Of a DNA stretch of 64,000 nucleotides, positions 9,397 through 18,975 are shown one piece after another. The notes beneath the pieces are model-generated. The model saw only the letters and a list, made by a program, of their open reading frames with translations. It was not told the DNA's origin and searched no databases. A program made the position numbers and the translations under genes. Source of the stretch: a virus (lineage: Duplodnaviria; Caudoviricetes); IMG/VR virus record IMGVR_UViG_3300028596_000001; one strand, 5' to 3'. The first letter of the stretch is position 1, and each line of letters starts with the position of its first letter.

Positions 9397-10341
9397 TTAG
9401 GCAGTAGCTTTAGCCTTGGTCTTGCCTTTAGCCGCAGGTGCAGCAGCTTTGACCGGAACCTTGGCGGCACGTTCAGCTTCGCGACGAGCGTCGCCAGCTT
9501 TTTCGGCCTCGGTACGTTCGTGAACCTTCAGGTGCTCGCTCAACGGCTTCAGATTGAGGTTCGAGGTATCAGGTCGCTTCTGAGGCCGTTGCTGCTTCTT
9601 TTGCTTGTTACCAGGCTTGACCAGCAGGCTGCCGATGTTGACCACACCGCTACGGTCGTTGCGCTTGCGCTCGTCAGCAGTCCACAGACCCATGCCCTTG
9701 TTGATCGCTTCACGCGGGAACACATCCAGGTCCAGGTTGTAGCAGTAACCGCCAGCGGCCAGAGTGTTCAACTGTGGCTGCTCTGGGTAGAAGTACACAC
9801 GCGAAGGAACGTACTGCTGTTCCTTGTTACGCAGGCCGACTTCGATGATGGTCGGTTCTGGGTAGACCAGGCTCAACGCCTCCTGCCAGAAGTTGGCGAT
9901 CATGGTGTTGTTGTTGTCGTACGCTCGCGGCCCACGCAGTAGGCTGTCGTTGTACATGGTGCGGATCGCACCCTTAACGTCCTGGGCGGTACCTTCGATC
10001 AGGAACGACCAGACCTTCTTGCCGACGATCGCAGTGAAGAAGATGAACTGCTGGCAAGCGGTGAACATCAGACGGAACTCACCGTCTACCGAGGCGATGA
10101 CACCGAACGCAGTGATAGCGCCCTTGATACGTACTTCATGCCAGTTGCCGTAACCAGCAGTTTCTTTGTCCGACGGACGATTCTTGTGGATGTCCAGGGT
10201 CAGGATACGCTCGCAGGTCTCGCGCTGGAAGTCACGAGGGAAACCTTGTTCTTCGAGGCGCTTCTCGTTGGCGCCGGTATCGACGATGACGACCAGAGAC
10301 TTCTTGGAAACGGCTTTTACTTCTTTAGTAGGCTGCGACAT
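9397..10341 (-). CDS. Hypothetical protein with basic Ala/Lys-rich tail
   Basis: Strong C3 codon bias; ends KAAAPAAKGKTKAKATA. Confidence 0.7.
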   Translation of the reverse strand: MSQPTKEVKAVSKKSLVVIVDTGANEKRLEEQGFPRDFQRETCERILTLDIHKNRPSDKETAGYGNWHEVRIKGAITAFGVIASVDGEFRLMFTACQQFIFFTAIVGKKVWSFLIEGTAQDVKGAIRTMYNDSLLRGPRAYDNNNTMIANFWQEALSLVYPEPTIIEVGLRNKEQQYVPSRVYFYPEQPQLNTLAAGGYCYNLDLDVFPREAINKGMGLWTADERKRNDRSGVVNIGSLLVKPGNKQKKQQRPQKRPDTSNLNLKPLSEHLKVHERTEAEKAGDARREAERAAKVPVKAAAPAAKGKTKAKATA

Positions 10342-10457
10342 GATTACAACTTCCTTTTAACAAACCGATTGAACAGTGAATTACGATTGAAATAGATTGT
10401 GGAGGGGACGACTTCTTTCTCCTCCACGTAGTTATTGAAACGCCGTAACTTTTAAAG

Positions 10458-10985
10458 TTAGTAACGGCCACAGTAGTAGCTACGCGCCAACGATTCGTAT
10501 TCCCGCGATGCCTGCTCGGACATGACACGTTCTTCGATGAGACGTCCGCCCTGGTCACAGATGTACACAGAGATCAGGCCGTTCTTTTCGTTCTTCACGT
10601 TGAACGTAACGATCGCGCCGGCGTTTACCACACTGGAATCGACCAACGAGTATTCGTCAGCCTTACCAGTAGGGACCAGGTATTTCCACATGGACAGGTC
10701 GACGTTGGTTTGGGCCAAACGAGCGGCTGCAACACGAACAATGTCCGATCCCTGACCATTGCTAAGACCGTAGGCCGCCAGCTTGGCGAGTTCGATAGCC
10801 AGCGTCTTGTTATCGACTTCACGCAGTTCCGAACGGGATTCGATACTCTGGCCGATAGCGATGAGCTTTTCTACGTCGACGCTACCGAGTTCACGTTCAC
10901 GTTCAGTGACTCGACGTGAACCAGCGGCTGGTCTGGCGACGTGTTCTTCACGACGAGTTTCGGATGGATCACCTTTTACTGGCAT
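10458..10985 (-). CDS. Hypothetical protein
   Basis: ORF with RBS in the tiling. Confidence 0.65.
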   Translation of the reverse strand: MPVKGDPSETRREEHVARPAAGSRRVTERERELGSVDVEKLIAIGQSIESRSELREVDNKTLAIELAKLAAYGLSNGQGSDIVRVAAARLAQTNVDLSMWKYLVPTGKADEYSLVDSSVVNAGAIVTFNVKNEKNGLISVYICDQGGRLIEERVMSEQASREYESLARSYYCGRY

Positions 10986-10997
10986 AGTCTTACTTCC

Positions 10998-11552
10998 TTA
11001 TTTAAATTTGTCGATCCAGGACCACTTAATAGTAGCTGGTCCTACACTTTCCAGAGGGTTCTTTGGATCGCCGAATGGATGAATGAACATGGTGGGGGAA
11101 GCGTTAGTATTAAAGATCCTCACACGCCCTACGAACTGCATATGAACAGGATCCAGGATGCAGGTCTCCTCGGTCACACACGCATCCCAGATCATGCGCT
11201 GCGCCGTCAGCTCGGCAGGAAGGATGATGTCCTCCTTACCGGTGAAACGCGGGCGAAATACCGAGTACTCCATATAGGGGTAGTTCTTCTTCTCGAACAA
11301 ATGAGCCACATTAGGGAACACTCCCCTGAAACACTGCTCGATAGTAGGAGAACAAGAGATACGTGGGAGATTAGGCTCAGGGTAAGGGAAACTGATATCC
11401 CCTATTATTTCCTGAGCTTCATCAAAACCATCTGGGTTGTTAGGATGCCACATCCCTTGGAACGTAGAGTTCTTGAAAGAGATGTGGAACATTTCCTTAA
11501 ATCCAGGTTTGGACTTCACCGTCCGGTACTTGAGTTTATCGCCCATGGTCAA
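10998..11552 (-). CDS. Hypothetical protein, possible ART-like fold
   Basis: FHIS ... PRISCSPTIEQC ... VTEETCIL. Confidence 0.45.
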   Translation of the reverse strand: MTMGDKLKYRTVKSKPGFKEMFHISFKNSTFQGMWHPNNPDGFDEAQEIIGDISFPYPEPNLPRISCSPTIEQCFRGVFPNVAHLFEKKNYPYMEYSVFRPRFTGKEDIILPAELTAQRMIWDACVTEETCILDPVHMQFVGRVRIFNTNASPTMFIHPFGDPKNPLESVGPATIKWSWIDKFK

Positions 11553-12102
11553 TGTGTCCTATGGTCCCCACGTTGACGTATGCGGACCGGTCTTTAGAGG
11601 TTGGTCGATAGTTACTACGTGGCATCTTTGCACGCCACATGGCTTCCTCTACCCACCCCTCACGATGAAGATTACGAGGGACCGGGTCCTTTGTATGGTT
11701 ATCCCGATCCCCATTAAAGAGATAATCACTGTACGTCCTACCAATGATCTCCTTGATGTTGCGAGCAGCGATCTTCCAGTGGTTGATCTGGTATTTCAAC
11801 AGACAGCCTACCCGCCAACCAGCTACCTTTATATCAATTCCATCCACTGTCACATATGGGGCGAATTTAGGCATCTGGATGGCGCGTACAAACGGATTGG
11901 TGACGTTAGTGACAGGAACGTGCATGTACTGGACCCAATCGTCCACTTCGGCACCACAGGGTACGTGGCGATACGCCGCCGGAGGTTCCCAGCGCAATGT
12001 CACCTTCGCAGGGCGGTACTCCCGGGTGATTGGATCCTGGCGCATGAAACTTATTTCTTTTTCAATAGCCACGCTTCGTTTCCTTTTCTGGGTATCTGGC
12101 AT
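11536..12102 (-). CDS. Hypothetical protein
   Basis: ORF overlapping both neighbours. Confidence 0.55.
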   Translation of the reverse strand: MPDTQKRKRSVAIEKEISFMRQDPITREYRPAKVTLRWEPPAAYRHVPCGAEVDDWVQYMHVPVTNVTNPFVRAIQMPKFAPYVTVDGIDIKVAGWRVGCLLKYQINHWKIAARNIKEIIGRTYSDYLFNGDRDNHTKDPVPRNLHREGWVEEAMWRAKMPRSNYRPTSKDRSAYVNVGTIGHIDHGR

Positions 12103-13330
12103 CGTTCAACCGCTGACGCGTCTTAACGATGTGGTTACGCACCCTAGACATGCAACTGGTGTGGGTTAGTCTAACCAGGAGGTTGCCGTTGCGATCACGG
12201 CCAGGCATACGCCCGTACAACTGGATGTGGACCAAAGACTCTACCGCACGTTCAGCCCAAGGCTCCAAAGGAAGAAAAACCTTAAGGGGTTCCATGGCGT
12301 GTTGGTACATGTATTCGACGTCACGATCTATAATCGCTCCGCTGGAACTACTCTGAGCGCGCATAGCGGCTCGAAGTGTTATCGAGTCACAGATCCAACT
12401 GTCTACGTCACCACGCACCATCCTGGCCGGGAAAGTATGTATCTTCTTTCCACCAACATAGAGAGTATTGTACTCGAGTTTGATATATGTTGGATTGGCA
12501 TTAGCGCTGAACTCTTCCACGGCTTTGGCGAAGAAAGAGCTGAACACTGGTACAGAAAGAGAGCCGGTGTAAGGCCAGTCTTCGTAAGTATCGGAAAAAC
12601 GTAGCCCGCTGAACAGATTGCGCTCACGTTCGATCCCGTCCCTGTAGTGGTTAATGAAACCACTGTCCTCCAGGCAAAGGAACAGAGCGTTCTTACGTAG
12701 CCCGCCGAGGAACGAATTACGCCAGATGCCTGGGTGACGATAACGGCTTGGGTACAGGTAAGGGCTTTGGGGCAATGCTAGTTCACCACGACGGAAACCG
12801 CCACCTTTTGCCTGGCCATGCCTCACGGTTTGCCACATGTGGTGGCCCATGATCATTTCCTCCGAGGTGAGTGGTGTTCTGGCGGCTGTAAGGCAGTCCT
12901 TGGTCATGGAACTATGACCAGAATAGCGACTGAAGCTACCCAGCGGTAAACCATTACGAAGGTGCTTGTTCAGAGCATCAAGTCCGGTTGGCATTTCGGT
13001 TCCACAATTACCAAAAGGAGCGCTCACAACCACCGGAGCGCGCGTCAATAATGTACGTCCTCCGAAATAATCCCGGCATCTCTGGAGCATCTCCTTCCCT
13101 GCTGATGTTACCGGCGGATGACTGATTGTGCAGGTGAGGGGACCTTTTAATCCATCGGTTAACAACACCGCCCTGGCAGCAACATTTTTGGCATGGTCTT
13201 CGGCAGTAAGGTACTCGATCGACGGGTTCTTGGCGTTTTCCAGATGCTGGATTGCTTCTTCTACCGACATAGCTGGCAGATCCAGGAGAGTACGATCAAT
13301 CAAGCCTGGTGTAGGGGTTTTCTTGTCCAT
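12062..13330 (-). CDS. Hypothetical protein with degenerate RecA/DnaB-like segments
   Basis: Start moved to ATG 13330 (GGAG RBS); PTGLDALNKHLRNGLPLGS and GGFRRGEL. Confidence 0.55.
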   Translation of the reverse strand: MDKKTPTPGLIDRTLLDLPAMSVEEAIQHLENAKNPSIEYLTAEDHAKNVAARAVLLTDGLKGPLTCTISHPPVTSAGKEMLQRCRDYFGGRTLLTRAPVVVSAPFGNCGTEMPTGLDALNKHLRNGLPLGSFSRYSGHSSMTKDCLTAARTPLTSEEMIMGHHMWQTVRHGQAKGGGFRRGELALPQSPYLYPSRYRHPGIWRNSFLGGLRKNALFLCLEDSGFINHYRDGIERERNLFSGLRFSDTYEDWPYTGSLSVPVFSSFFAKAVEEFSANANPTYIKLEYNTLYVGGKKIHTFPARMVRGDVDSWICDSITLRAAMRAQSSSSGAIIDRDVEYMYQHAMEPLKVFLPLEPWAERAVESLVHIQLYGRMPGRDRNGNLLVRLTHTSCMSRVRNHIVKTRQRLNDARYPEKETKRGY

Positions 13331-13406
13331 CTTGAATTGCTCCGAACGATTATGGAGGTGTGTAATAGACCGACCTACGTCGTATGGAATTACTACATCG
13401 TCATCT

Positions 13407-13985
13407 TTAGGCACAGAGCATTTCCTCCAGCGGGTGTTTGCCGAAGTCACAGGTACGTGTACACTCACCAACAGTAACAGTAACTTGCTTGTTCATGAAA
13501 GGTAGCTTTGCCACACGGATGTGTGCCAGTGTATCCTTCCATTTGCCGCTCAGGTCGTACTCGAACTCTCTGTCCCCGAGGGTTTTCAGGAATTCCAGCA
13601 CGAAGTGTTTCAGGATGTCGTACATTTGCATTGTAGAAGGACGTCCGTCCAACATGAATGCTTTGAAGAGGTTCATCCACGCCTCATCAAGATCGTGGCT
13701 CCCCGCCGCTACAGTGTAGGAGTAACGACGACTACGGGTAAACCAGTAATACTTGGTAGCACTGCCGCTGCTGAACACAACCATTTTGGTGTGCTGGGCA
13801 TGAGTAACACCGAACAGGGTGATGTTGCTACCCAGATTCGGTTTGACGACATGAACACGACCCGAAGCCATCGCACTCGCACGATGCTGGGTGGTAGGGA
13901 TCAGTTGATCACGGTCAAGTACAACAACACCTTCCGACATATCGAAAGGGAATTCGTGTTTCAGTTCAAAAGCCTTAACCAACAT
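13407..13985 (-). CDS. Hypothetical protein (paralog of 14038-14505)
   Basis: Shared LIP.T and S.G..T.Y.W motifs. Confidence 0.65.
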   Translation of the reverse strand: MLVKAFELKHEFPFDMSEGVVVLDRDQLIPTTQHRASAMASGRVHVVKPNLGSNITLFGVTHAQHTKMVVFSSGSATKYYWFTRSRRYSYTVAAGSHDLDEAWMNLFKAFMLDGRPSTMQMYDILKHFVLEFLKTLGDREFEYDLSGKWKDTLAHIRVAKLPFMNKQVTVTVGECTRTCDFGKHPLEEMLCA

Positions 13986-14037
13986 GGATCTTCTCCTAAA
14001 AGAACATCGGGGATCTAAGTCCCAATTAAAAGTGTAA

Positions 14038-14505
14038 TTAACGTGAGTAGTTATGCAGAACTTGGCGACTAGCCATGTTGCGTAACTTGAGAGCCAACCA
14101 CTGTGTAGATGTTTGGTTCTTGTAAGCGAGCGACTGGCTCAAACGAATGAAGTTAGCCGCGGCTGCCAATAAAGAGTTACAACCTACCGGGTAAGTTGCT
14201 TGCATTTTAGGCAGAATGTCTCGAGCACTACCCAACCAGAAGTAGGTTGTTTGCACCCCATCACTTGCTACAATGATGATGCCGCCGTCCCCACGTAGCG
14301 CAAGATAAAACCCAATGTCATTCTTGAGCGACGTGGAAATACAAATGTGTCGTTTCAGAATGGTGTGCGGTATCAATTCCGCTGATTGCCCGGTAGCCCA
14401 ACTAACTGGTTCACCAGTCATGCGGTCAACGAAGAAACGTTTCTTCACGAGCCCGAGCATCTTGGCTTTATGGACGTCGAGTTCCTTTAAGTCAGACATG
14501 GTCAT
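14038..14505 (-). CDS. Hypothetical protein (paralog of 13407-13985)
   Basis: Shared LIP.T and S.G..T.Y.W motifs. Confidence 0.65.
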   Translation of the reverse strand: MTMSDLKELDVHKAKMLGLVKKRFFVDRMTGEPVSWATGQSAELIPHTILKRHICISTSLKNDIGFYLALRGDGGIIIVASDGVQTTYFWLGSARDILPKMQATYPVGCNSLLAAAANFIRLSQSLAYKNQTSTQWLALKLRNMASRQVLHNYSR

Positions 14506-14551
14506 TCCTTAAGAAGATAGCCCCAGTTGTATTAACCTGGGGCGAGTGTTA

Positions 14552-15352
14552 TTAACCCAGGTAATCAGGTTTGTTGCCGGCGAAGTTGATGACGTTGAGA
14601 GGGTTACACTTCAGGTGTTCACCTTCTTTCGGGGCATCCGGAACAACAATGAAGTCGAGCAGTTTGTTGGTGTCCTGGACGCTGAAACTGGTGAAGTCCA
14701 GTTCGCACTCAAACGCACTGTCAGTAGTCATGGTGATCAGACCACCTTCATTGATCACCAGGCCAATGTTTTGACCGCAGGCTTCCACACCAACATGTAC
14801 CGCGCCGTTAACCGCACCCAACGAGAAACTACCTGGAACGCTGAAACTGAAAATCACTTCCAGCCAGTTACCGTCACGGCGGTTCCAAACACACCATTTG
14901 TCGTCGCGTTTCTCGAAACGCACCGGCCGTGCAAATTGCCGATGGAAAGTAATTTGGAAAACGGCATGTTGGGTATAGACCTGGTGCATCATGACATCAT
15001 TGCCATAAGGCCCTTTAACAACTTCAACTTCGGCCTCTTCCCCATAGCTCCGCGCGAGGAGTTTGACGAGGTTGGCAAAAGTATCTACCGCAACATCAGA
15101 GCCGTCTGGATTTAATGTAAACAGCCCGTCTTTGTTGAGGTGCATTGAGGCTGGTAGAGCGGACACCCCGCCCATGTAGCCGAACATCGGTTGCATCCCC
15201 CCAACAACATTGGAGATACGGTGTCCCATGGAAATAACACCCACTGGCGTGGTGAGTGGATTTTTCGAATAACCTGGGCTGTAGATCTCTTCGAGCGAAG
15301 GTTGTGAAAATTGAGCGCCTTCAACCAGAACATTCAGCATAATCTTTTTCAT
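14552..15352 (-). CDS. Hypothetical protein
   Basis: 266-aa ORF followed by an imperfect hairpin. Confidence 0.7.
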   Translation of the reverse strand: MKKIMLNVLVEGAQFSQPSLEEIYSPGYSKNPLTTPVGVISMGHRISNVVGGMQPMFGYMGGVSALPASMHLNKDGLFTLNPDGSDVAVDTFANLVKLLARSYGEEAEVEVVKGPYGNDVMMHQVYTQHAVFQITFHRQFARPVRFEKRDDKWCVWNRRDGNWLEVIFSFSVPGSFSLGAVNGAVHVGVEACGQNIGLVINEGGLITMTTDSAFECELDFTSFSVQDTNKLLDFIVVPDAPKEGEHLKCNPLNVINFAGNKPDYLG

Positions 15353-15382
15353 AACAATTTATCCTTGGTAATTAATAGAACG

Positions 15383-16711
15383 TTATCGACAGAAACCGTT
15401 GTAAGGTACCAGTGCAGTCTTTTCTTTCTCGCCTACGAACCAGTACTTGTCCGAGGGTTTCAGCTTGGCCGTGCCGAACTCACCTTTCGTGAAGTTCTTA
15501 CGCCACCATTTGTTCTTGGCTTCGTCGTAACCCAGAACAGTAAGCGTGTCGCCAGGCAACTTGAGCTCGGTAACTTCTGTTACTCCGCCTTCATCAACCA
15601 GGTGATATCCGAATAGGGATTTGAAGGGATACGTGTAATAACGTTTACCTTCGAGCTGCCCGCCAGCGAAGTCAACTGAGCAGTTAGCTACAACGGTGTA
15701 ACGACCAACTTGCATTTTGGTCAGCCCCCATTGCCACAGGCCATAGCCAATAGCAGCCAGGATGATCAAAGCAAGAGGCCAGAAAATTAGCCGACGGATC
15801 TTCTTCTTGCGTTTTTCTTCTTGCACACGTTCGAGTGCCGCCAGAGCCAGAATAGCCGGATCCTGAGAAACTTCGCCTTCCTGTGGATTCAATTGCTCTA
15901 CATGTTGCTTAAGCGCATCGATAAACTCAGGGACGGTGAGGTCTTTGTTAGCCAGCAGGGCACCACGAATGTTGCCTTGACGTACGTGTTCTTTGCTACC
16001 TGGGCGCGGCGGCGCCTGGAGCGGGTCACCGGTCAAGAAATTCCCGCCGCGAGGCCATTCGCCGGTACGTGGCCACGGAGTATCAGGCTGCACCCCACGA
16101 GTGAATTTGGAGTAGATCTTGTGCTCGTCGAAGTAGTTCATCAGGGTCAAGTAGTGACTGTACATGTACCCTTGTCGAGCCTCTTCATCCATAGGCCCGA
16201 CTTCTTGAACGAACACACCGTCACCCTGGTACTTCAACCCAGGCATGAGCTTCTCGATTCCGGCGATATGCTCAGGCGCCAGACCGAGTTCGGTAGTGAT
16301 GCGCATTTGATGATTGTTTTCTTTACGACCCATAGCTACTCGCGTTGATGGTGCATCAGATCCAAAATGCATGTGCTCATCAATTTGATCCAACGCTTTG
16401 AGGTTAATGACAGAACCATCCGGCAACCACTGGACGATACCGCCGATGTCGGTGATCTCCCAACGACAGGCAATGGCGACATCACCGGTATCCAACCACG
16501 TCCAGCCTTCCCCACGACGAACGTAATACCGCATCCCCTGCTTGAGGATGTCACCCTCTACTGCCCCAGGAATTACAAACCCCATCTGGGCTTCTGGTTC
16601 CGGTCGAGGAGTCTTAACCGGAGGCATTGCCGTTCCCACCGCTACATCTGGCAGACCAGGAATAGCGCTCTCCAAAACAGTTGTATCGTCAGTACCATTA
16701 TTATCTTTCAT
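15383..16711 (-). CDS. Single-pass membrane protein
   Basis: KRKKKIRR-LIFWPLALIILAAIGYGLWQW; C-terminal domain bracketed by two Cys. Confidence 0.7.
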   Translation of the reverse strand: MKDNNGTDDTTVLESAIPGLPDVAVGTAMPPVKTPRPEPEAQMGFVIPGAVEGDILKQGMRYYVRRGEGWTWLDTGDVAIACRWEITDIGGIVQWLPDGSVINLKALDQIDEHMHFGSDAPSTRVAMGRKENNHQMRITTELGLAPEHIAGIEKLMPGLKYQGDGVFVQEVGPMDEEARQGYMYSHYLTLMNYFDEHKIYSKFTRGVQPDTPWPRTGEWPRGGNFLTGDPLQAPPRPGSKEHVRQGNIRGALLANKDLTVPEFIDALKQHVEQLNPQEGEVSQDPAILALAALERVQEEKRKKKIRRLIFWPLALIILAAIGYGLWQWGLTKMQVGRYTVVANCSVDFAGGQLEGKRYYTYPFKSLFGYHLVDEGGVTEVTELKLPGDTLTVLGYDEAKNKWWRKNFTKGEFGTAKLKPSDKYWFVGEKEKTALVPYNGFCR

Positions 16712-16776
16712 GCAGCCCCCATTACAAATTAAATAAACCTAACCCTACCTGCCCCCGGGGACAGATAGGGCCAGAT

Positions 16777-17331
16777 TCAACTTACCAACCGAGTACGTTT
16801 AAAAGGTATGCTGATACGTTTATCAGGCTGGTCCATGTCTCGGAAGTACAGAACAGCGTGACTGGTAGTCGGCGAGAAGTCCTTGTTGACGTACAACATG
16901 TAGTTCTTACCGTCCACCGGTACCGGCAGGTGTGGCCGCAGATGCATCAACACGTAGTTGAAGATCCGCAGATACTTGTGCTCGTAGAACTCGTCGATGA
17001 TCGCTGCAATACGCGGACCTACCTGGCAACCGAACAATTCGGGTTTCTGCTCAGTGCGGGCACGGTGTTGGCAAACAAAGATCAACTGTGAGTCTACGTC
17101 TTCGTTGTTGAGGAATTTCTTGATTGGTGTTTCTGGATTGTGGATCATTTCGATCAGGCAGTCCAGGCCGAACAAGAATTCACGAATAAGGTATTTTGCA
17201 TCCCGCCCAAAAATGTCTACCAACTCCTGGGTCAACTCCGGACCGAATACTTGGTCGTAGTAATTCTTGGTGATAGCCCCCAACAGGTGATGCCCGTGGA
17301 AACTAGCTTCCATCTTCTTAGCCCCTTTCAT
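16777..17331 (-). CDS. Hypothetical protein (paralog of 17400-17972)
   Basis: EFLFGLD, VGP..A.I.EF, DG, IPF motifs. Confidence 0.65.
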   Translation of the reverse strand: MKGAKKMEASFHGHHLLGAITKNYYDQVFGPELTQELVDIFGRDAKYLIREFLFGLDCLIEMIHNPETPIKKFLNNEDVDSQLIFVCQHRARTEQKPELFGCQVGPRIAAIIDEFYEHKYLRIFNYVLMHLRPHLPVPVDGKNYMLYVNKDFSPTTSHAVLYFRDMDQPDKRISIPFKRTRLVS

Positions 17332-17364
17332 AAAGGTCGCCTCTACTAAAACTGTTTAACGTCT

Positions 17365-17387
17365 CCCCCTAGTAATGTAGCTTTGAA
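17365..17387 (-). promoter_or_regulatory. Candidate early promoter (variant TACATTAC)
   Basis: Minus strand TTCAAAGC-TACATTAC-TAGGGGG. Confidence 0.5.
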
Positions 17388-17399
17388 TATGTGTAGAAG

Positions 17400-17972
17400 T
17401 TAAATAGCACCAGCCATCTGAATGACCGAACGTCTTGCCCCCGCTGCCTGGAGACTCTTGCCCAAACGATTCAGGAAGAAAGGCAGTTTAAGAACCTTGT
17501 GCTCTGTAACGTCCACATACTCAAAAACTGCAAACATGGGGTGTGGTGTTTTGATCTCTAATCGCAATTTGCACTTACGCCCGTCCAGCGTGAACTCAAG
17601 CTGGTTATTACCCACAGCGTGCATAACCCGGAAGAATACGTTTAAATAATCCTGCTTAAGAAACTCGCCAATAGCTGCCCATGTAACCGGACCCACTGAC
17701 TTTATTTTCCAGGTAAAGTCATTCTTGTGGAGTTTACATTTGTTAAAGACGCGATTAGCCTCGGTGCGCACCGAGTAGGTATCGTGGGTTTCCAGAATAC
17801 GGTTGGACTTGAAATGTTCGCTTTCGGTGATCTCGTGCATGTGATCCAAACCGTAAACAAATTCTGGAAGCATTTTGATCGGCAGCAATCCGTTAACAAA
17901 AATGCTCGAGATGTCATCCGACAAGTAAGCGGCATGACGATCGTAATACTCTTGAAGGGTTTCCATTACCAC
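17400..17972 (-). CDS. Hypothetical protein (paralog of 16777-17331)
   Basis: EFVYGLD, VGP..A.I.EF, DG, LPF motifs. Confidence 0.65.
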   Translation of the reverse strand: MVMETLQEYYDRHAAYLSDDISSIFVNGLLPIKMLPEFVYGLDHMHEITESEHFKSNRILETHDTYSVRTEANRVFNKCKLHKNDFTWKIKSVGPVTWAAIGEFLKQDYLNVFFRVMHAVGNNQLEFTLDGRKCKLRLEIKTPHPMFAVFEYVDVTEHKVLKLPFFLNRLGKSLQAAGARRSVIQMAGAI

Positions 17973-18041
17973 AATTCCTTTATGCGTAAATGCGCAATAT
18001 ATTAGCAGGTTTGTTATATTTTACCAAAATGCAGCCATAAC

Positions 18042-18071
18042 CCTACCCTAACCCGTTAAGGTTAGGGTAGG
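18042..18071 (-). terminator. Hairpin after 18082-18666
   Basis: 12-bp stem CCTACCCTAACC/GGTTAGGGTAGG. Confidence 0.65.
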
Positions 18072-18081
18072 TGGCTACTAA

Positions 18082-18666
18082 TTAAACGTTTTCAGCATCC
18101 AGCTGACCGTAGTCAGTTTCTGGGATGATGACTACCGGCGCGGTACCAGCTACCCATTCCAGGGTACCTTCGAAGGTATCGCCAACCAGGACAGCGGTGG
18201 TGCCACCTGGAGCAACGGTAACGGTCGGGATATCGTATTTCAGGTTGGCACGCAGCATTGCTTCTACTGCGGCCGGAATACCTGCTTCTTCGATACCCGC
18301 GGCGATGACGATACCGACTTTGACGTCAGGACCATCAACGTAGGAGTACAAGCCGGCTTCGGTCTGCGCTTCGAGAGCATTCAGATCAGCCAGGGCTTCG
18401 GTGTTCTTCAGGGTATACAGTTCCAGGTCGGTTGCGGCAGGTGCCGGAGTCCAGGACTGGTTGATACCGCGGAAGTTACGCGAAACCGAAGTAACGGTGG
18501 AAGAACGACGGGTGTCACCGTCGGTTTTGACGATAGCGCTGATAGTTACATCAGCGAAAGTCAGATCGGTGAACAACGCCAAATAAGTTGGGTTGCTCTG
18601 ATAACGATCCAGGTTAAAACTGAGGAAGCGTTCGAAGAACAGTTCCAAGTGCTGTTTAGCAGCCAT
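18082..18666 (-). CDS. Hypothetical, possibly virion protein
   Basis: Strong codon bias, Ala/Thr/Val-rich. Confidence 0.65.
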   Translation of the reverse strand: MAAKQHLELFFERFLSFNLDRYQSNPTYLALFTDLTFADVTISAIVKTDGDTRRSSTVTSVSRNFRGINQSWTPAPAATDLELYTLKNTEALADLNALEAQTEAGLYSYVDGPDVKVGIVIAAGIEEAGIPAAVEAMLRANLKYDIPTVTVAPGGTTAVLVGDTFEGTLEWVAGTAPVVIIPETDYGQLDAENV

Positions 18667-18719
18667 GACACACCCCTTTGTGAGTACCTTACCCAGACAA
18701 AGTGTCTAGGTATAAGATC

Positions 18720-18923
18720 TCACTGGTATATCAATGTCAGCACTACACCAATAGGCAAAGTTGCCAGGAAACACGTGTTGCGACTAAAATTAGTCAGTAG
18801 TACTAGTCCGGACAAAGCCAATGCAAAAAGATAAGGCCCCTTCATCTGAATAGCGTAACCGACAATCATCCAGAATGTAAGGAACCACTTATCTTCCCAC
18901 AACAATCTCATACGTTCAGTCAT
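18720..18923 (-). CDS. Small multi-pass membrane protein
   Basis: 67 aa, mostly hydrophobic; fills the gap; GGAG RBS. Confidence 0.5.
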   Translation of the reverse strand: MTERMRLLWEDKWFLTFWMIVGYAIQMKGPYLFALALSGLVLLTNFSRNTCFLATLPIGVVLTLIYQ

Positions 18924-18975
18924 TTAAACTCCCTAACTACTGGGAGGAGTTTCCCCCTCCCGGCAGTCTTACTTA

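Noticed and set aside
18082-18666. GroES-like co-chaperonin next to groEL
   Set aside because: At 194 aa it is too long and shows no GroES motifs.
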